In this document: positions 1 through 9,428 of the stretch, piece after piece
Layout of the letters: each line of letters begins with the position of its first letter
Numbering within the stretch: position 1 is the stretch's first letter
From: Dehalococcoidales bacterium
Lineage (GTDB): Bacteria > Chloroflexota > Dehalococcoidia > Dehalococcoidales > UBA2162
Assembly (NCBI GenBank): GCA_030690265.1
Contig: JAUYHA010000071.1
Span: forward strand, 3,998-67,997
Reading direction: 5' to 3'
DNA length: 64,000 nucleotides
Program-made: the position numbers and the translations under genes
Notes under the pieces: generated by a model
What the model was told of the DNA's origin: nothing
What the model saw: the letters and a program-made list of their open reading frames with translations, nothing else
Databases searched by the model: none

Positions 1-944
1 TGTTCCTTCCTCAAAGCCCGCCGTAGCTCCCTCACATTAATCCCCTCCGGAACGGTAATCGCGGTAACTGTGTTCGAAGCATATTTCTCATCACCAAAAA
101 GTGATAGTCCAAGAGACTTTACTCCAGCACGAGCGGCTTTACTGACCCGGGCATGCCGGGCAAAAATATTGTCCAGGCCTTCCTTAAGCATCATATCCAA
201 GGCTACATCCATAGCAAATACTACAGAAACGGCTGGTGTCCACGGTGTCTGTCCCCTCTCCAGAAAGCGCTTAGCCTGGGCAAAGTCCCAGTAATAGCGA
301 GGCATCTTGGCGCTGGCATGAGCTTTCCAGGCATCTGGACTGACACTGATAAAAGCCAGCCCGGGCGGTGCCATCCACCCCTTCTGCGAGCCGGAAATAG
401 CGATATCCAGATGCCATTCATCCACCGGGCACTTTATCGAGCCCAGACTGCTGATAGCGTCAACCACCAGCAGCTTATCAAAGCTCTTCACTACCGAGCT
501 TATTGCCGCCAGGTCATTGGTGATGCCGGTAGAAGTCTCATTGTGGGTTATCAACACCGCCTTGATTTTGGCATCTGCCTGAAGAGCCTTACGGATAGCA
601 TCCGGGTCAGCGGCTTTGCCCCATTCGAAATTCAGCGGGACTACCTCGGCGCCGTATATCCTGGCAATGGTAGCGAAACGGTCGCCGAAGGCACCGATAG
701 ATACCGCCAGCACTTTATCTCCCGGTGATAGAGTGTTCACCACCGCCGCCTCCATACCACCGGTACCCGAACCGGTAAGCACATAAAGGTCGTTTTTAGT
801 CATGAAGACCTGCTTTAGCTTGGCAGTGACAGCATTTAATATCCCGATAAACTCCTCGCCCCGGTGGTCTACCATCTGCTTGGACATTGTCTGGAGGACT
901 TCAGGGGGGCAGGGGGTGGGTCCCGGAATTCGTAACTCTACCAT
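1..944 (-). CDS. Class V PLP aminotransferase (alanine-glyoxylate/serine-pyruvate family), truncated by window edge
   Basis: Manual translation from ATG at 944: MVELRIPGPTPCPPEV..., TGSGTGGMEAA, HNETSTG, VDAISS, TGSQKG; absent from the ORF track because the stop lies outside the window. Confidence 0.9.
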   Translation of the reverse strand, partial: MVELRIPGPTPCPPEVLQTMSKQMVDHRGEEFIGILNAVTAKLKQVFMTKNDLYVLTGSGTGGMEAAVVNTLSPGDKVLAVSIGAFGDRFATIARIYGAEVVPLNFEWGKAADPDAIRKALQADAKIKAVLITHNETSTGITNDLAAISSVVKSFDKLLVVDAISSLGSIKCPVDEWHLDIAISGSQKGWMAPPGLAFISVSPDAWKAHASAKMPRYYWDFAQAKRFLERGQTPWTPAVSVVFAMDVALDMMLKEGLDNIFARHARVSKAARAGVKSLGLSLFGDEKYASNTVTAITVPEGINVRELRRALRKE

Positions 945-1032
945 TCTTGGCTCCTTTTCTACCTTATTCCATTTTCACATTATTTTATCAGCATTTATTA
1001 CTTTAGCAAAGCGCCGTTTATAGAATATTCAT

Positions 1033-1164
1033 TAACCCATCCCCTTGACCCCCTTCTCTTAAAAAGGGAAGGGGGAGTGTAGATAAGAGAGGGGCTTTGC
1101 CCCTCTCTTGAATCCTCTTCCCCCTCTCCTTAAGAAGGAGAGGGGGATTAAGGGGGTGAGGTTA
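1033..1164. repeat. C/G-rich hairpin element A-B-A' (intact reference copy)
   Basis: CCCCCTTCTCTT..AAGGGAAGGGGG, then AGAGAGGGGC-TTT-GCCCCTCTCT, then CCCCCTCTCCTT..AAGGAGAGGGGGATTAAGGGGGTGAGG; related copies at 11.6, 16.3, 25.0, 43.2, 48.5/49.3 and 55.7 kb. Confidence 0.85.
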
Positions 1165-1174
1165 ATAAGGAATC

Positions 1175-2461
1175 TCATTTAGCCGTTTCCACATCAGTAT
1201 TTATCACTTTAGCAAAGCGCCGTTTACCTACTTGAATAACTGTACCACTCTGGACTGTTGAAGCGGGAACTAGACGACTAGTTACTACTTCACCAGCTAA
1301 AGTAGTCCCCGCCTGAGAAATTAACCTGTTTGCCTCGCTACGGCTTTCAGCCAGTCTTGTTTCGACCAATAGTCGGCTGACGTCAATGAATGCTCTACCA
1401 GCTTGTTCAGACGTTAGTTTATTAAATGATATGCGATATTCCTGTATGTTGTCTGGGAGCTCTCGACTTTGATGGACTTTCTCAAACCGTTCCTCAGCTT
1501 CAGTAGCTGCCTTCTGGTCATAGAGCTGGGCTACAATCTCCCTGGCCAGACGCTTTTTAAGCTCCATTGGATTTAGCGAAGTAACTCCCCCAGGACTAAC
1601 CCGGACAGTTTTCAATGCAGCTTCCAATGACAGCCGGAATTGCTTTAGTTCCTCATCCGGCACGTCCGTAAGCAACTCAAAGTAGTCCATAATCAGTCCA
1701 TCTCTACTAATAGACATTACCTTACCATATATCTCATCAGCTGGCTCGGCAACACCGATGTAGTTACCCAGGCTCTTGCTCATCTTCTGAGTGCCATCGG
1801 TGCCGACGAGGAGGGGCACCATAAAGATTTGCTGTGGGGGCTGGCCCAGCATAGATTGAAGCTCCCTGCCCACCAGCAGGTTAAACTTCTGGTCAGTCCC
1901 GCCGAACTCAACATCAGCCTCTATAGCCACCGAATCATAAGCCTGGAGCAGGGGGTAGAGCAGCTCGGTTATGGCGATGGGCTTTCCGGCACTGAATCTC
2001 TTGCTGAAATCATCCCGTGCCAGCAGTTGAGCCACAGTAAACTTACTGGTCAGCCGGATAACATCGCTCAGGTCGAACCTGCCATACCACTCGCTCTGCC
2101 ACCGGACCTCCGTTTTCTCCTTATCAACTATCTTGAAGAACTGCTCCATATAGGTTTGGGCGTTAGCCTGCACCTGCTCCGCTGACAGCATCGGGCGGGT
2201 GACCGAGGCACCGCTGGGGTCGCCAATCCGGGCTGTCCAGTCACCAACAATCAGCACAACCTGGTGCCCCAGCTCCTGGAACTGGCGCAGCTTTCTCAGG
2301 GCGACCATATGCCCCAGGTGAATATCGGGAAAGCTGGGGTCAAAACCTTCCTTGAGACGCAGCTTCTTGCCTGAGCGAAGCAGCTTCATCATCTCTTCCC
2401 CAACGATGATTTCAGCCACGCCTCTCTTGAGTAAATAGCCAGTATCCTGATTAATATCCAT
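1175..2461 (-). CDS. tyrS: Tyrosine--tRNA ligase
   Basis: GFDPS..HLGH, GGTDQ, KMSKS, C-terminal S4-like domain (QVGKRRF). Confidence 0.97.
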   Translation of the reverse strand: MDINQDTGYLLKRGVAEIIVGEEMMKLLRSGKKLRLKEGFDPSFPDIHLGHMVALRKLRQFQELGHQVVLIVGDWTARIGDPSGASVTRPMLSAEQVQANAQTYMEQFFKIVDKEKTEVRWQSEWYGRFDLSDVIRLTSKFTVAQLLARDDFSKRFSAGKPIAITELLYPLLQAYDSVAIEADVEFGGTDQKFNLLVGRELQSMLGQPPQQIFMVPLLVGTDGTQKMSKSLGNYIGVAEPADEIYGKVMSISRDGLIMDYFELLTDVPDEELKQFRLSLEAALKTVRVSPGGVTSLNPMELKKRLAREIVAQLYDQKAATEAEERFEKVHQSRELPDNIQEYRISFNKLTSEQAGRAFIDVSRLLVETRLAESRSEANRLISQAGTTLAGEVVTSRLVPASTVQSGTVIQVGKRRFAKVINTDVETAK

Positions 2462-2482
2462 ACCTGTCCTGAATAGTATATA

Positions 2483-3415
2483 CTATTTTTTAGCCTGGCT
2501 GTCCAATATGGCTTTCCCCTGTTTGACATCCTCGGCTATCTGTTTCTTCAGTTCCTCCACAGTGTCAAAACGCTTCTCATCCCGGAGGCGCTCCACGATG
2601 TCAATTCTTAGCTGGCGTCCATACAGGTTACCCTGATAGTTAAGGAGATAAATCTCTACAGTCCGCCTGTGCTCACCAAAGGTAGGATTCCTACCGATAT
2701 TGGTCACCGATTGATAAACTTTACCATCCAGATAAGCCCGGGTAGCATAAACACCTTCCGCCGGTATTGCCTGTCTGGAGTCTACCTCTAAATTAGCGGT
2801 CGGAAAACCAAGCTTCGCTCCCCGCCCTACCCCGGTGGTTACCTGTCCCTGAAGGCTGTAGGCACGTCCGGTCAAACTGATGACCTTTTTCATATCGCCT
2901 TCAGCCAGAGCCCGCCTGATGGCGGTACTGCTGACCACCATACCGTTCATCTCTTTCGGCGGGACCACGGTGAGAGTAAAGCCCATCTCCTTACCAAGCT
3001 GCCCCAGAGCGGCGACATCTCCCTCCCGCTTCCAGCCCAGAGCGAAATCAGTCCCAACGACGAGGCCATTCATCCTGAGATATTTTTGCAGTAATCCGAG
3101 GAACTGGCGGGGATGATAACGGGCTAATTCCAGTGTAAAAGACAGGGACACAACAGCATCAACGCCTTCCTTTTTGAGCAGGCTGACCTTTTCGGTAAGA
3201 CCGGTCAGGTAAGGCAGTTCACTTTGAGGCGACAGCACCTCCTTAGGATGCTGGCGGAAAGTTACCACTCCACAAAGCAGAGCCTGCCGCGCAGCTTCTT
3301 CCTTTAGCCGTGAAATCAGATATTTATGACCGAGGTGAACTCCATCAAAAATCCCGATGGTAAGAAGCATATCTTTTTGCGGCGAAAACTCACTCAGCTC
3401 TTCCTCTAGCGGCAT
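2483..3415 (-). CDS. ribF: Bifunctional riboflavin kinase/FAD synthetase
   Basis: GIFDGVHLGH, VSSTAIR, GFPTAN, NIGRNPT. Confidence 0.96.
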   Translation of the reverse strand: MPLEEELSEFSPQKDMLLTIGIFDGVHLGHKYLISRLKEEAARQALLCGVVTFRQHPKEVLSPQSELPYLTGLTEKVSLLKKEGVDAVVSLSFTLELARYHPRQFLGLLQKYLRMNGLVVGTDFALGWKREGDVAALGQLGKEMGFTLTVVPPKEMNGMVVSSTAIRRALAEGDMKKVISLTGRAYSLQGQVTTGVGRGAKLGFPTANLEVDSRQAIPAEGVYATRAYLDGKVYQSVTNIGRNPTFGEHRRTVEIYLLNYQGNLYGRQLRIDIVERLRDEKRFDTVEELKKQIAEDVKQGKAILDSQAKK

Positions 3416-3482
3416 GAATCTTTCCCCCGAACAACAATGCTATCAAGCCAGATATTAAATAGCCAACGCTTAAACAAAGATG

Positions 3483-3745
3483 GGCTGTCCGAAAATGTCA
3501 TTCTGAGCACATTCGCTACGTTCACTCTGACCTCGGGACTTCGGCGTGAGCTCAGTCGAACGCTGAACTCGGTCTGAAGACGATAACCTGCTCCGAGCTT
3601 GTCGAGGCAAGTCGGAACGAGCTCAGTGTAAACTCCGCGAAGAATCTCGGGGAGTAGCGGGCATTACAAGCATACCCATCCACCGAGACCCTTCACTTCG
3701 TTCAGGGTGACACAATAATAAAGAAAGTGGTGTTTTCGGACCGCC
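3483..3745. mobile_element. MITE-like shell W1 enclosing a GTCA..TGAC palindrome with nested micro-modules
   Basis: TIR GGCTGTCCGAAAA (3483-3495) / TTTTCGGACCGCC (3733-3745); internal block shared with 11.7 and 25.2 kb. Confidence 0.75.
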
Positions 3746-3861
3746 TCGTTTACCTCCTGGTTGAAACTCTTAGATACTAGCACAAGCCTATTTTCAGCGT
3801 CAACCAGAACAGAAAGAGGCAAACTCTCAGCCGGCTTTTTGAGAATGCCTAACAATTCTTC

Positions 3862-3983
3862 TGTCATTGCGAGCCATTCGCAGAAGGCTTCAGCCTTCAG
3901 TCCGAGCCTTCAGGCCGAGGCCCGAGTTCAGCGTTCGACTGAGCTCACGCCGAAGTCCCGAGGGCTTCGCCCTCGCAATGACA
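3862..3983. repeat. GTCATTGCGAG..CTCGCAATGAC palindrome with nested modules
   Basis: Ends match the 57402-57536 copy; 3922-3963 is the exact reverse complement of 3531-3572. Confidence 0.85.
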
Positions 3984-3991
3984 TATTGTTG

Positions 3992-4708
3992 CTAAACAAT
4001 CTTTTTTTGAAAATAGTAGCCGACTCCGGATTCAGTTATGATGTATCTGGGCAGAGCCGGGTCTGGCTCCAGCTTCTGACGCAGGTGCGAAATGTAGATG
4101 CGGACATAATCCAGGTCATCAGTATACTCCCAGCCCCACACTTTTTCCAGGAGTTCCCTGTGGGTAAAAATACGACCAGCCCCCTCCACAAGGAGAGCAA
4201 AAAGGCGGAACTCTTTGGGGGTCAGTTTTACCCGCTCCCCTTTCACCATGACCTTCCGCTCGGCGATGTCCACGGTAAGAAAGTCATCAGCGTAGGTAAC
4301 TTCCCGTTTCACTTCCGCCGGTGGAGATAACTCAATACGGCGCAGTGTGGCTCGAACTCTAGCCACCAGCTCCCTGTTCCCCAGTGGCTTAAAAAGGTAG
4401 TCATCGGCTCCGTAATCGAGCCCGCGGACTATATCTTCCTCAGCCTTCTGCTTACCCGTGAGCAAAATAACGGGCACATCAGAAAGTTCACGGATGCGCC
4501 GGCAGGTCTGCCAGCCATCCATTCCAGGCATAGCCACATCCAGAAGGACGATATCCGGCTTTTCTTTGAACAGAAGCTTCAGACCCTCCTGACCGCCAGC
4601 CGCCTTGAACACCTCCAGCCCCTGCCGACTCAGAACCCGCTCAACCAGCCTGAGAAAGACGGCATCGTCATCAATTGCAAGCACTTTCTTAGTCACAGCC
4701 AACCTCAT
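3992..4708 (-). CDS. OmpR-family response regulator
   Basis: REC domain (AIDDD, LLDVAMP, GADDYLFKP) plus winged helix (LTPKEF, VRIYISHLRQKLE, GVGY); start uncertain. Confidence 0.93.
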   Translation of the reverse strand: MRLAVTKKVLAIDDDAVFLRLVERVLSRQGLEVFKAAGGQEGLKLLFKEKPDIVLLDVAMPGMDGWQTCRRIRELSDVPVILLTGKQKAEEDIVRGLDYGADDYLFKPLGNRELVARVRATLRRIELSPPAEVKREVTYADDFLTVDIAERKVMVKGERVKLTPKEFRLFALLVEGAGRIFTHRELLEKVWGWEYTDDLDYVRIYISHLRQKLEPDPALPRYIITESGVGYYFQKKIV

Positions 4709-5099
4709 CAAGACTAAGATTATCTTTTTGCCTCCGTAATAGCGCTTTGCCAACGATTTCCTTCAGTGCACCAGGTCTAACCGGCTTGGAAAGGTAAGCA
4801 TCACAGCCGGACTCAATCACCCTCTCCCTATCCCTCTTCATAGCATAGGCAGTCACAGCGATAATGGGAGTATGCCGGAAAGCTGGATTTTGCCTGAGCT
4901 TCATGGTCACCTCAAGCCCATTCATTTTGGGGAGCTTAATATCCATTAAGATAAGGTCGGGCTGCTCGCTCACTGCCACCCTCAACGCCTCCTCCCCGTC
5001 AGTCGCCTTGAGCAAAGTATAATCACCTCCCCTGAGGATAATCTGAAACAGCCTCATATTCCGGGGGTTATCTTCAACAATCAGTATCTTCTTTTTCAC
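4689..5099 (-). CDS. Single-domain response regulator (CheY/DivK-like)
   Basis: IVEDN, LMDIKLP, AVTAYA, YLSKP; probable GTG start at 5099. Confidence 0.9.
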   Translation of the reverse strand: MKKKILIVEDNPRNMRLFQIILRGGDYTLLKATDGEEALRVAVSEQPDLILMDIKLPKMNGLEVTMKLRQNPAFRHTPIIAVTAYAMKRDRERVIESGCDAYLSKPVRPGALKEIVGKALLRRQKDNLSLDEVGCD

Positions 5100-6969
5100 T
5101 ACCTGGTTCTCCCGGATTTCTGAAATCACCGTTTGTCAGCGGAAGAGTGAAGTTAAATTGGCTCCCCCTGCCATACTCACTCTCCACCCAGACCCGTCCC
5201 CCATGCTTTTCTATGAGTTGTTTTACCACCGTTAGCCCCAGCCCGGTGCCACCCCTTTCTCTAACCAATGGCTCTTCAAGCCGAATAAAAGGCTCAAATA
5301 TCCGCTCCTGGTCTTCCTTTTTGATGCCAATCCCATTGTCAATCACACTCACCCGGCACCAATCACCCACCCTGACAGCCTCAACCTTCAGTTTACCTTC
5401 ATCAGGGGTAAACTTGGAGGCATTATCCACCAGATTGAGCAGCACCTGGGCTAAGTTACCTTCATCAGCATAGACTAAGGGTAAACAGCTTTCTACATCA
5501 ACATCAAGGCTCTGCTTCCTCGGGGACAGTATCGGCATCACGGTTCTGGTTAGCGAGGCAATGAGCCTTTCCAGAGCTACCTTTCCCGACTTTAGTTCGA
5601 CTTTACCGGATTCTATCCTGGACAGGTCAAGAACATCATTAACCAGACTCAACAGGTGTTGACCGCTATTCAAGATATCATTAAGGCACTGTTTTTGTTC
5701 CTGGTCAATCTTTCCCGATAGCTCATCAATCATCAACTCAGCAAAGCCGATAATGACATTGAGAGGGCTGCGCAGTTCATGAGACATATTAGCCATGAAT
5801 TCTGACTTGCGCTGGTTCGCTTTCTCCACTTCCCGCCGCTGTGCTGTTAGTTCTTCAGCCTTCGACTGAAGGTCTTTCGTCTGGGCATCAAGCAGCTCGT
5901 TCTTCCTTTTCAGCATATTACTTGAGCGCTCCAGTGTTTCCACCATCACATTGAGGGCAACTCCAAGCTTTGACAACTCGTCCTTCCCGGATATCGGTAC
6001 CCGTACTGAGAGGTCACCACTGGTGCCAATACTGCTGACTCCCCGGCTCAAGCGGGTCAGCCGGGATAGAACCTGCCTGTCCAGGAACAAGAGCGCCGTT
6101 ACACCAAGTACGGCGCCAACAGCCAGCAACGATAAAATAAAATAGGCAAGGGTATCCTGACCCTGCGCGTATATATCTCTGGGCATGTCCACTCTCATCA
6201 AGAGAACCGGCTTATCATAGATATCTCTCATCAGCGCATAACCGGCAACAGACTGCTTGCCCAGAGGACGGATAAGAACCGGTATTTCTTCGGAAAGAAA
6301 TGGCACCAGTGTTTGAAAATCGCCTGGTGCTGGCGAACGGTCGTAGCGATATATGGTTAAGGGTAGACGAGTTTGCCCGCTCAAGCGTTCTATTTCGCTG
6401 GAGTCCAGATAACGACCGAGAATAAGTGCCCCCCGAACCGGGCCCTCATCCTCACTGGTGAGTATGGGAGCTGAGACAATAAGCATAGGATTTTCCGGGA
6501 GAAGAATAATCCCTCTGACAATGCTCTCCGGGTCGGAGTGGCTGACGAGAAGACCGCCGGGAGGGAGATAGCTCAGTAAGCTTTCAGGGACAGTCATCTC
6601 TTCCTCATTCTGTAAGTCAAACGCCTTGCCGTGGACCATCTGACCGGAAGAATTAACAAACAGCATAAGGTTAAGCCTTAACTCAGTGAAAGTATCATCA
6701 ACCAGGTTCGTCTGAATATAATCCTGGTTGACATCCTCAACGAAGGCATAAGTATCATCCCATGATGCCCAGTCACTGGTTAGTGATTTCAGGGTAAGAA
6801 GGTCGTTAGACAAAGCATTTAATGCCTGCTCAACATTCTGACGGGTGCGTTGCTCCTCCAGCCGGGCGAAGCTCCGCATCAAAAGAGTCTGCGAGATAAT
6901 ATACAAAATAATGATTAAGGCAAGGAAAACTATGCCTACAGTCAACAATGTCTTGCTGCGTAATGTCAT
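5074..6969 (-). CDS. CHASE4-HAMP sensor histidine kinase
   Basis: DWASWDDTYAF (CHASE4-like), two TM helices, SHELRSPL, NLVDNA, GTGLGL. Confidence 0.93.
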   Translation of the reverse strand: MTLRSKTLLTVGIVFLALIIILYIISQTLLMRSFARLEEQRTRQNVEQALNALSNDLLTLKSLTSDWASWDDTYAFVEDVNQDYIQTNLVDDTFTELRLNLMLFVNSSGQMVHGKAFDLQNEEEMTVPESLLSYLPPGGLLVSHSDPESIVRGIILLPENPMLIVSAPILTSEDEGPVRGALILGRYLDSSEIERLSGQTRLPLTIYRYDRSPAPGDFQTLVPFLSEEIPVLIRPLGKQSVAGYALMRDIYDKPVLLMRVDMPRDIYAQGQDTLAYFILSLLAVGAVLGVTALLFLDRQVLSRLTRLSRGVSSIGTSGDLSVRVPISGKDELSKLGVALNVMVETLERSSNMLKRKNELLDAQTKDLQSKAEELTAQRREVEKANQRKSEFMANMSHELRSPLNVIIGFAELMIDELSGKIDQEQKQCLNDILNSGQHLLSLVNDVLDLSRIESGKVELKSGKVALERLIASLTRTVMPILSPRKQSLDVDVESCLPLVYADEGNLAQVLLNLVDNASKFTPDEGKLKVEAVRVGDWCRVSVIDNGIGIKKEDQERIFEPFIRLEEPLVRERGGTGLGLTVVKQLIEKHGGRVWVESEYGRGSQFNFTLPLTNGDFRNPGEPGSEKEDTDC

Positions 6970-7195
6970 ATCTCTTCCCTGTTAAGCCTGATTATGATAC
7001 AGGACTCAAACCTCCAAACAAACAGCTTCAATGCCAATTGTATCATAAAAGCAACAAATTTGCCAGAAGGCAACATATTATAGTAAATAAACGGGAAAAG
7101 GCAAATATAAGGGCAGAAACCTGTCATTACTGTCAGACAAAAACTGGAGCGGGCATTCAACGGGGCGAAAAGCCAACCGGGGCTGAGAAGATAAC

Positions 7196-7374
7196 CTAGT
7201 GTAGTGCATCTTACGCTTCGTTATTTTCGGTTAACTATACCGACGAAAGTCGGTATCCAGACGTGTAGGCTCATCCGGTATCGCCTGGATTCCGGCTGGA
7301 GTTTATCCCGTACCTGATACGGGGCCGGAATTGGGGGGGCTGTAGCTAACGTTATTTTGAAGACACTACACTAG
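7196..7374. mobile_element. MITE-like shell W3 with internal palindromes
   Basis: Perfect 11-bp TIR CTAGTGTAGTG / CACTACACTAG; contains ATACCGACGAAAGTCGGTAT and the CCCGTACCTGATACGGG module also seen at 12.05 and 14.25 kb. Confidence 0.75.
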
Positions 7375-7527
7375 CATTTTTTACCATATATGTGAATATA
7401 ATTGCAAGTATTATTATTTTAAATATTATGCGTGGATTACCAAAAAACACTTTATTATCTACGCTTAATTTAGCTCAAAATGACCCATTGGTTATCCCTT
7501 ATGGCCTGAATTTTATACTTATGGGTA

Positions 7528-7556
7528 TTGACATATGGTAAAACGTGCTATATTCT
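7528..7556 (+). promoter_or_regulatory. Sigma70-type promoter for ORF 7660
   Basis: TTGACA-N17-TATTCT in an AT-rich region. Confidence 0.55.
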
Positions 7557-7659
7557 TCCAGTTACAGGATACACTATGTCTGAGTTGGTCTATTAAAAAC
7601 CTGAAATTATTATCATTTAAATCCAGTCTGGTCAAGAGTAAATATATGGAGCAGCTGCT

Positions 7660-8013
7660 ATGGTATATTCTATAAAGGATTTGTTAAAAAAGGCATCCAG
7701 TGTTTTTAGCCTTATTAATTTATCAGCTGACAAAGCCTGGCCGGCAGGTGTATTAAATCAGCTTGAGGTCGAGTATCATTTAAAACCGGAAGATATGTTG
7801 CGACTTGGCTATCTGAAATACCGGATGAAGGGAATGAGAAAAGGGTTTTATTCTCTCTATATATATGACAGGCTGGCAGCTCGAGACAGACAACGCCTGG
7901 TGAGGGATGTTAAGGATATCAATAATTCCTCTGACCTTCTTTTGTTCCGGGGAAGTGTGTCAGGGGATGGTGTTATTCAACTCAGTTGGGTAAATGGAAG
8001 CGGAAACAACTGA
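7660..8013 (+). CDS. Hypothetical protein
   Basis: 117-aa ORF with GGAG RBS and upstream promoter; no recognised motif. Confidence 0.65.
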   Translation: MVYSIKDLLKKASSVFSLINLSADKAWPAGVLNQLEVEYHLKPEDMLRLGYLKYRMKGMRKGFYSLYIYDRLAARDRQRLVRDVKDINNSSDLLLFRGSVSGDGVIQLSWVNGSGNN

Positions 8014-8021
8014 GTAATTAC

Positions 8022-9428
8022 TCAAACATTGAAGAAGATTGAAGAAGAAGGTAATCTCACTATAAATTTTGCTCCTTCACCGGGCTGGCTTTCGGCAATG
8101 ATTGTGCCACTGTGAGCCAGGGCTATTTCTCTGGCAATAGCCAGGCCGAGTCCAACCCCGGTCCTGACCCCGGTAATTTGATAAAACCTCTCAAAGACGT
8201 AGGATAGTTGTTCCGGAGGTATTCCAGGACCGCTATCGGTTACGCTAATTTCAACATAGTCACCATTTATGCTATCGGAGACCTGGACGTTGCCTCCGGA
8301 GGGGGTATTCTTGATGGCGTTGTCCAGCAGATTTCCGATTAGTTCTTCCAGGCGGCCGAATTCGCCCATTATACGCGCTTTGTTTCCGTGTTTAACCTCA
8401 AGCACGACACCCTTTTTTTGTGCTTGCAGGCTGAAAACATCGGTACAATGGCTCAAGAGTTCATGAATATCTACGGGTTCATAAGCTATTTTAATCTGGC
8501 CGGATTGCATGCGGGCAAGCTCGAGAAGCTCGTCCACCTGCCGTCTCATCCTGGTTGATTCATCATTGATAATCCTTGCCGCCTTCAACCTGGTATCTTC
8601 ATCGCTGGCGGTGCCATCTATCAGTGCCTGGGCAAACCCCTGGATTGATGTAATCGGAGTTTTCAATTCGTGAGATACGTCAGCGACGAAATGGCGTAAC
8701 TGCATCTGGGACTGCTTTACTTTATCAGCCATGTCATTAAAGTTTTTTGCCAGGTTACCGAATTCCTTTGGGCTTCTGACGGGTATTTTCTTATCGTACT
8801 CACCACGGGCAATCCTCTGGGCAGCGCTGGTTACCTCTTCCAGGGGACGGTACACAGAACGGGCGAAGAAAAAAGCCAGCACCAGCGAAATGGATAAAGC
8901 CGTCACTCCGGCAAGCAGCAACGGCCGGAAGAGACTTGCCATTATAGCCATCGATTCCGTCTGCGGGACGGCCAGGATTAGAGTATCTACCCTGGATGCC
9001 AGCGAAGTAGCTATTCTGACCAGAGGATAGGCGGCGAAAAGATATACCGTACCGCCGGAAGTCTCAAACTTGCCCTGGGTCGGCATGGTAAGATTTTGTG
9101 GAAGACCGGAAGTGACCTGTATCTGCTCGTGATTGGATGATGGTGCAATTTGCCTGGCAATGTTGCCACTGCTGTCAGTCAGGAGGATAAAGACACTATT
9201 CTTTTCTGCCTGTTCCTGGAGACTGGACCATAAGTCCCTCGCTGTTACCTGGCCCGCGACAAGCGACCTGACCTGTACCGAGATAGGACGTGCCATGCTA
9301 TCGAGGCGCTCCATTGTCAATCGGTCACGGTAACCCTGCAACAGCACGGTCATCAGCATTGCTACCAGGCCAAGACAGACAAGTACAATCAGGGTGTAGG
9401 TGGTAAACAAGCGCGTTCGGAAGCTCAT
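8022..9428 (-). CDS. HAMP sensor histidine kinase
   Basis: SHELKTP, NLLDNA, DSGPGI, GVGLGL. Confidence 0.94.
   Translation of the reverse strand: MSFRTRLFTTYTLIVLVCLGLVAMLMTVLLQGYRDRLTMERLDSMARPISVQVRSLVAGQVTARDLWSSLQEQAEKNSVFILLTDSSGNIARQIAPSSNHEQIQVTSGLPQNLTMPTQGKFETSGGTVYLFAAYPLVRIATSLASRVDTLILAVPQTESMAIMASLFRPLLLAGVTALSISLVLAFFFARSVYRPLEEVTSAAQRIARGEYDKKIPVRSPKEFGNLAKNFNDMADKVKQSQMQLRHFVADVSHELKTPITSIQGFAQALIDGTASDEDTRLKAARIINDESTRMRRQVDELLELARMQSGQIKIAYEPVDIHELLSHCTDVFSLQAQKKGVVLEVKHGNKARIMGEFGRLEELIGNLLDNAIKNTPSGGNVQVSDSINGDYVEISVTDSGPGIPPEQLSYVFERFYQITGVRTGVGLGLAIAREIALAHSGTIIAESQPGEGAKFIVRLPSSSIFFNV

Noticed and set aside
975-1226. Diversity-generating retroelement template/variable pair
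   Set aside because: Only 34 nt, two transitions in opposite directions, no reverse transcriptase in the window
3664-4330. ORFs 3664-3867 and 3761-4330
   Set aside because: Read through repeat DNA and antisense to a response regulator
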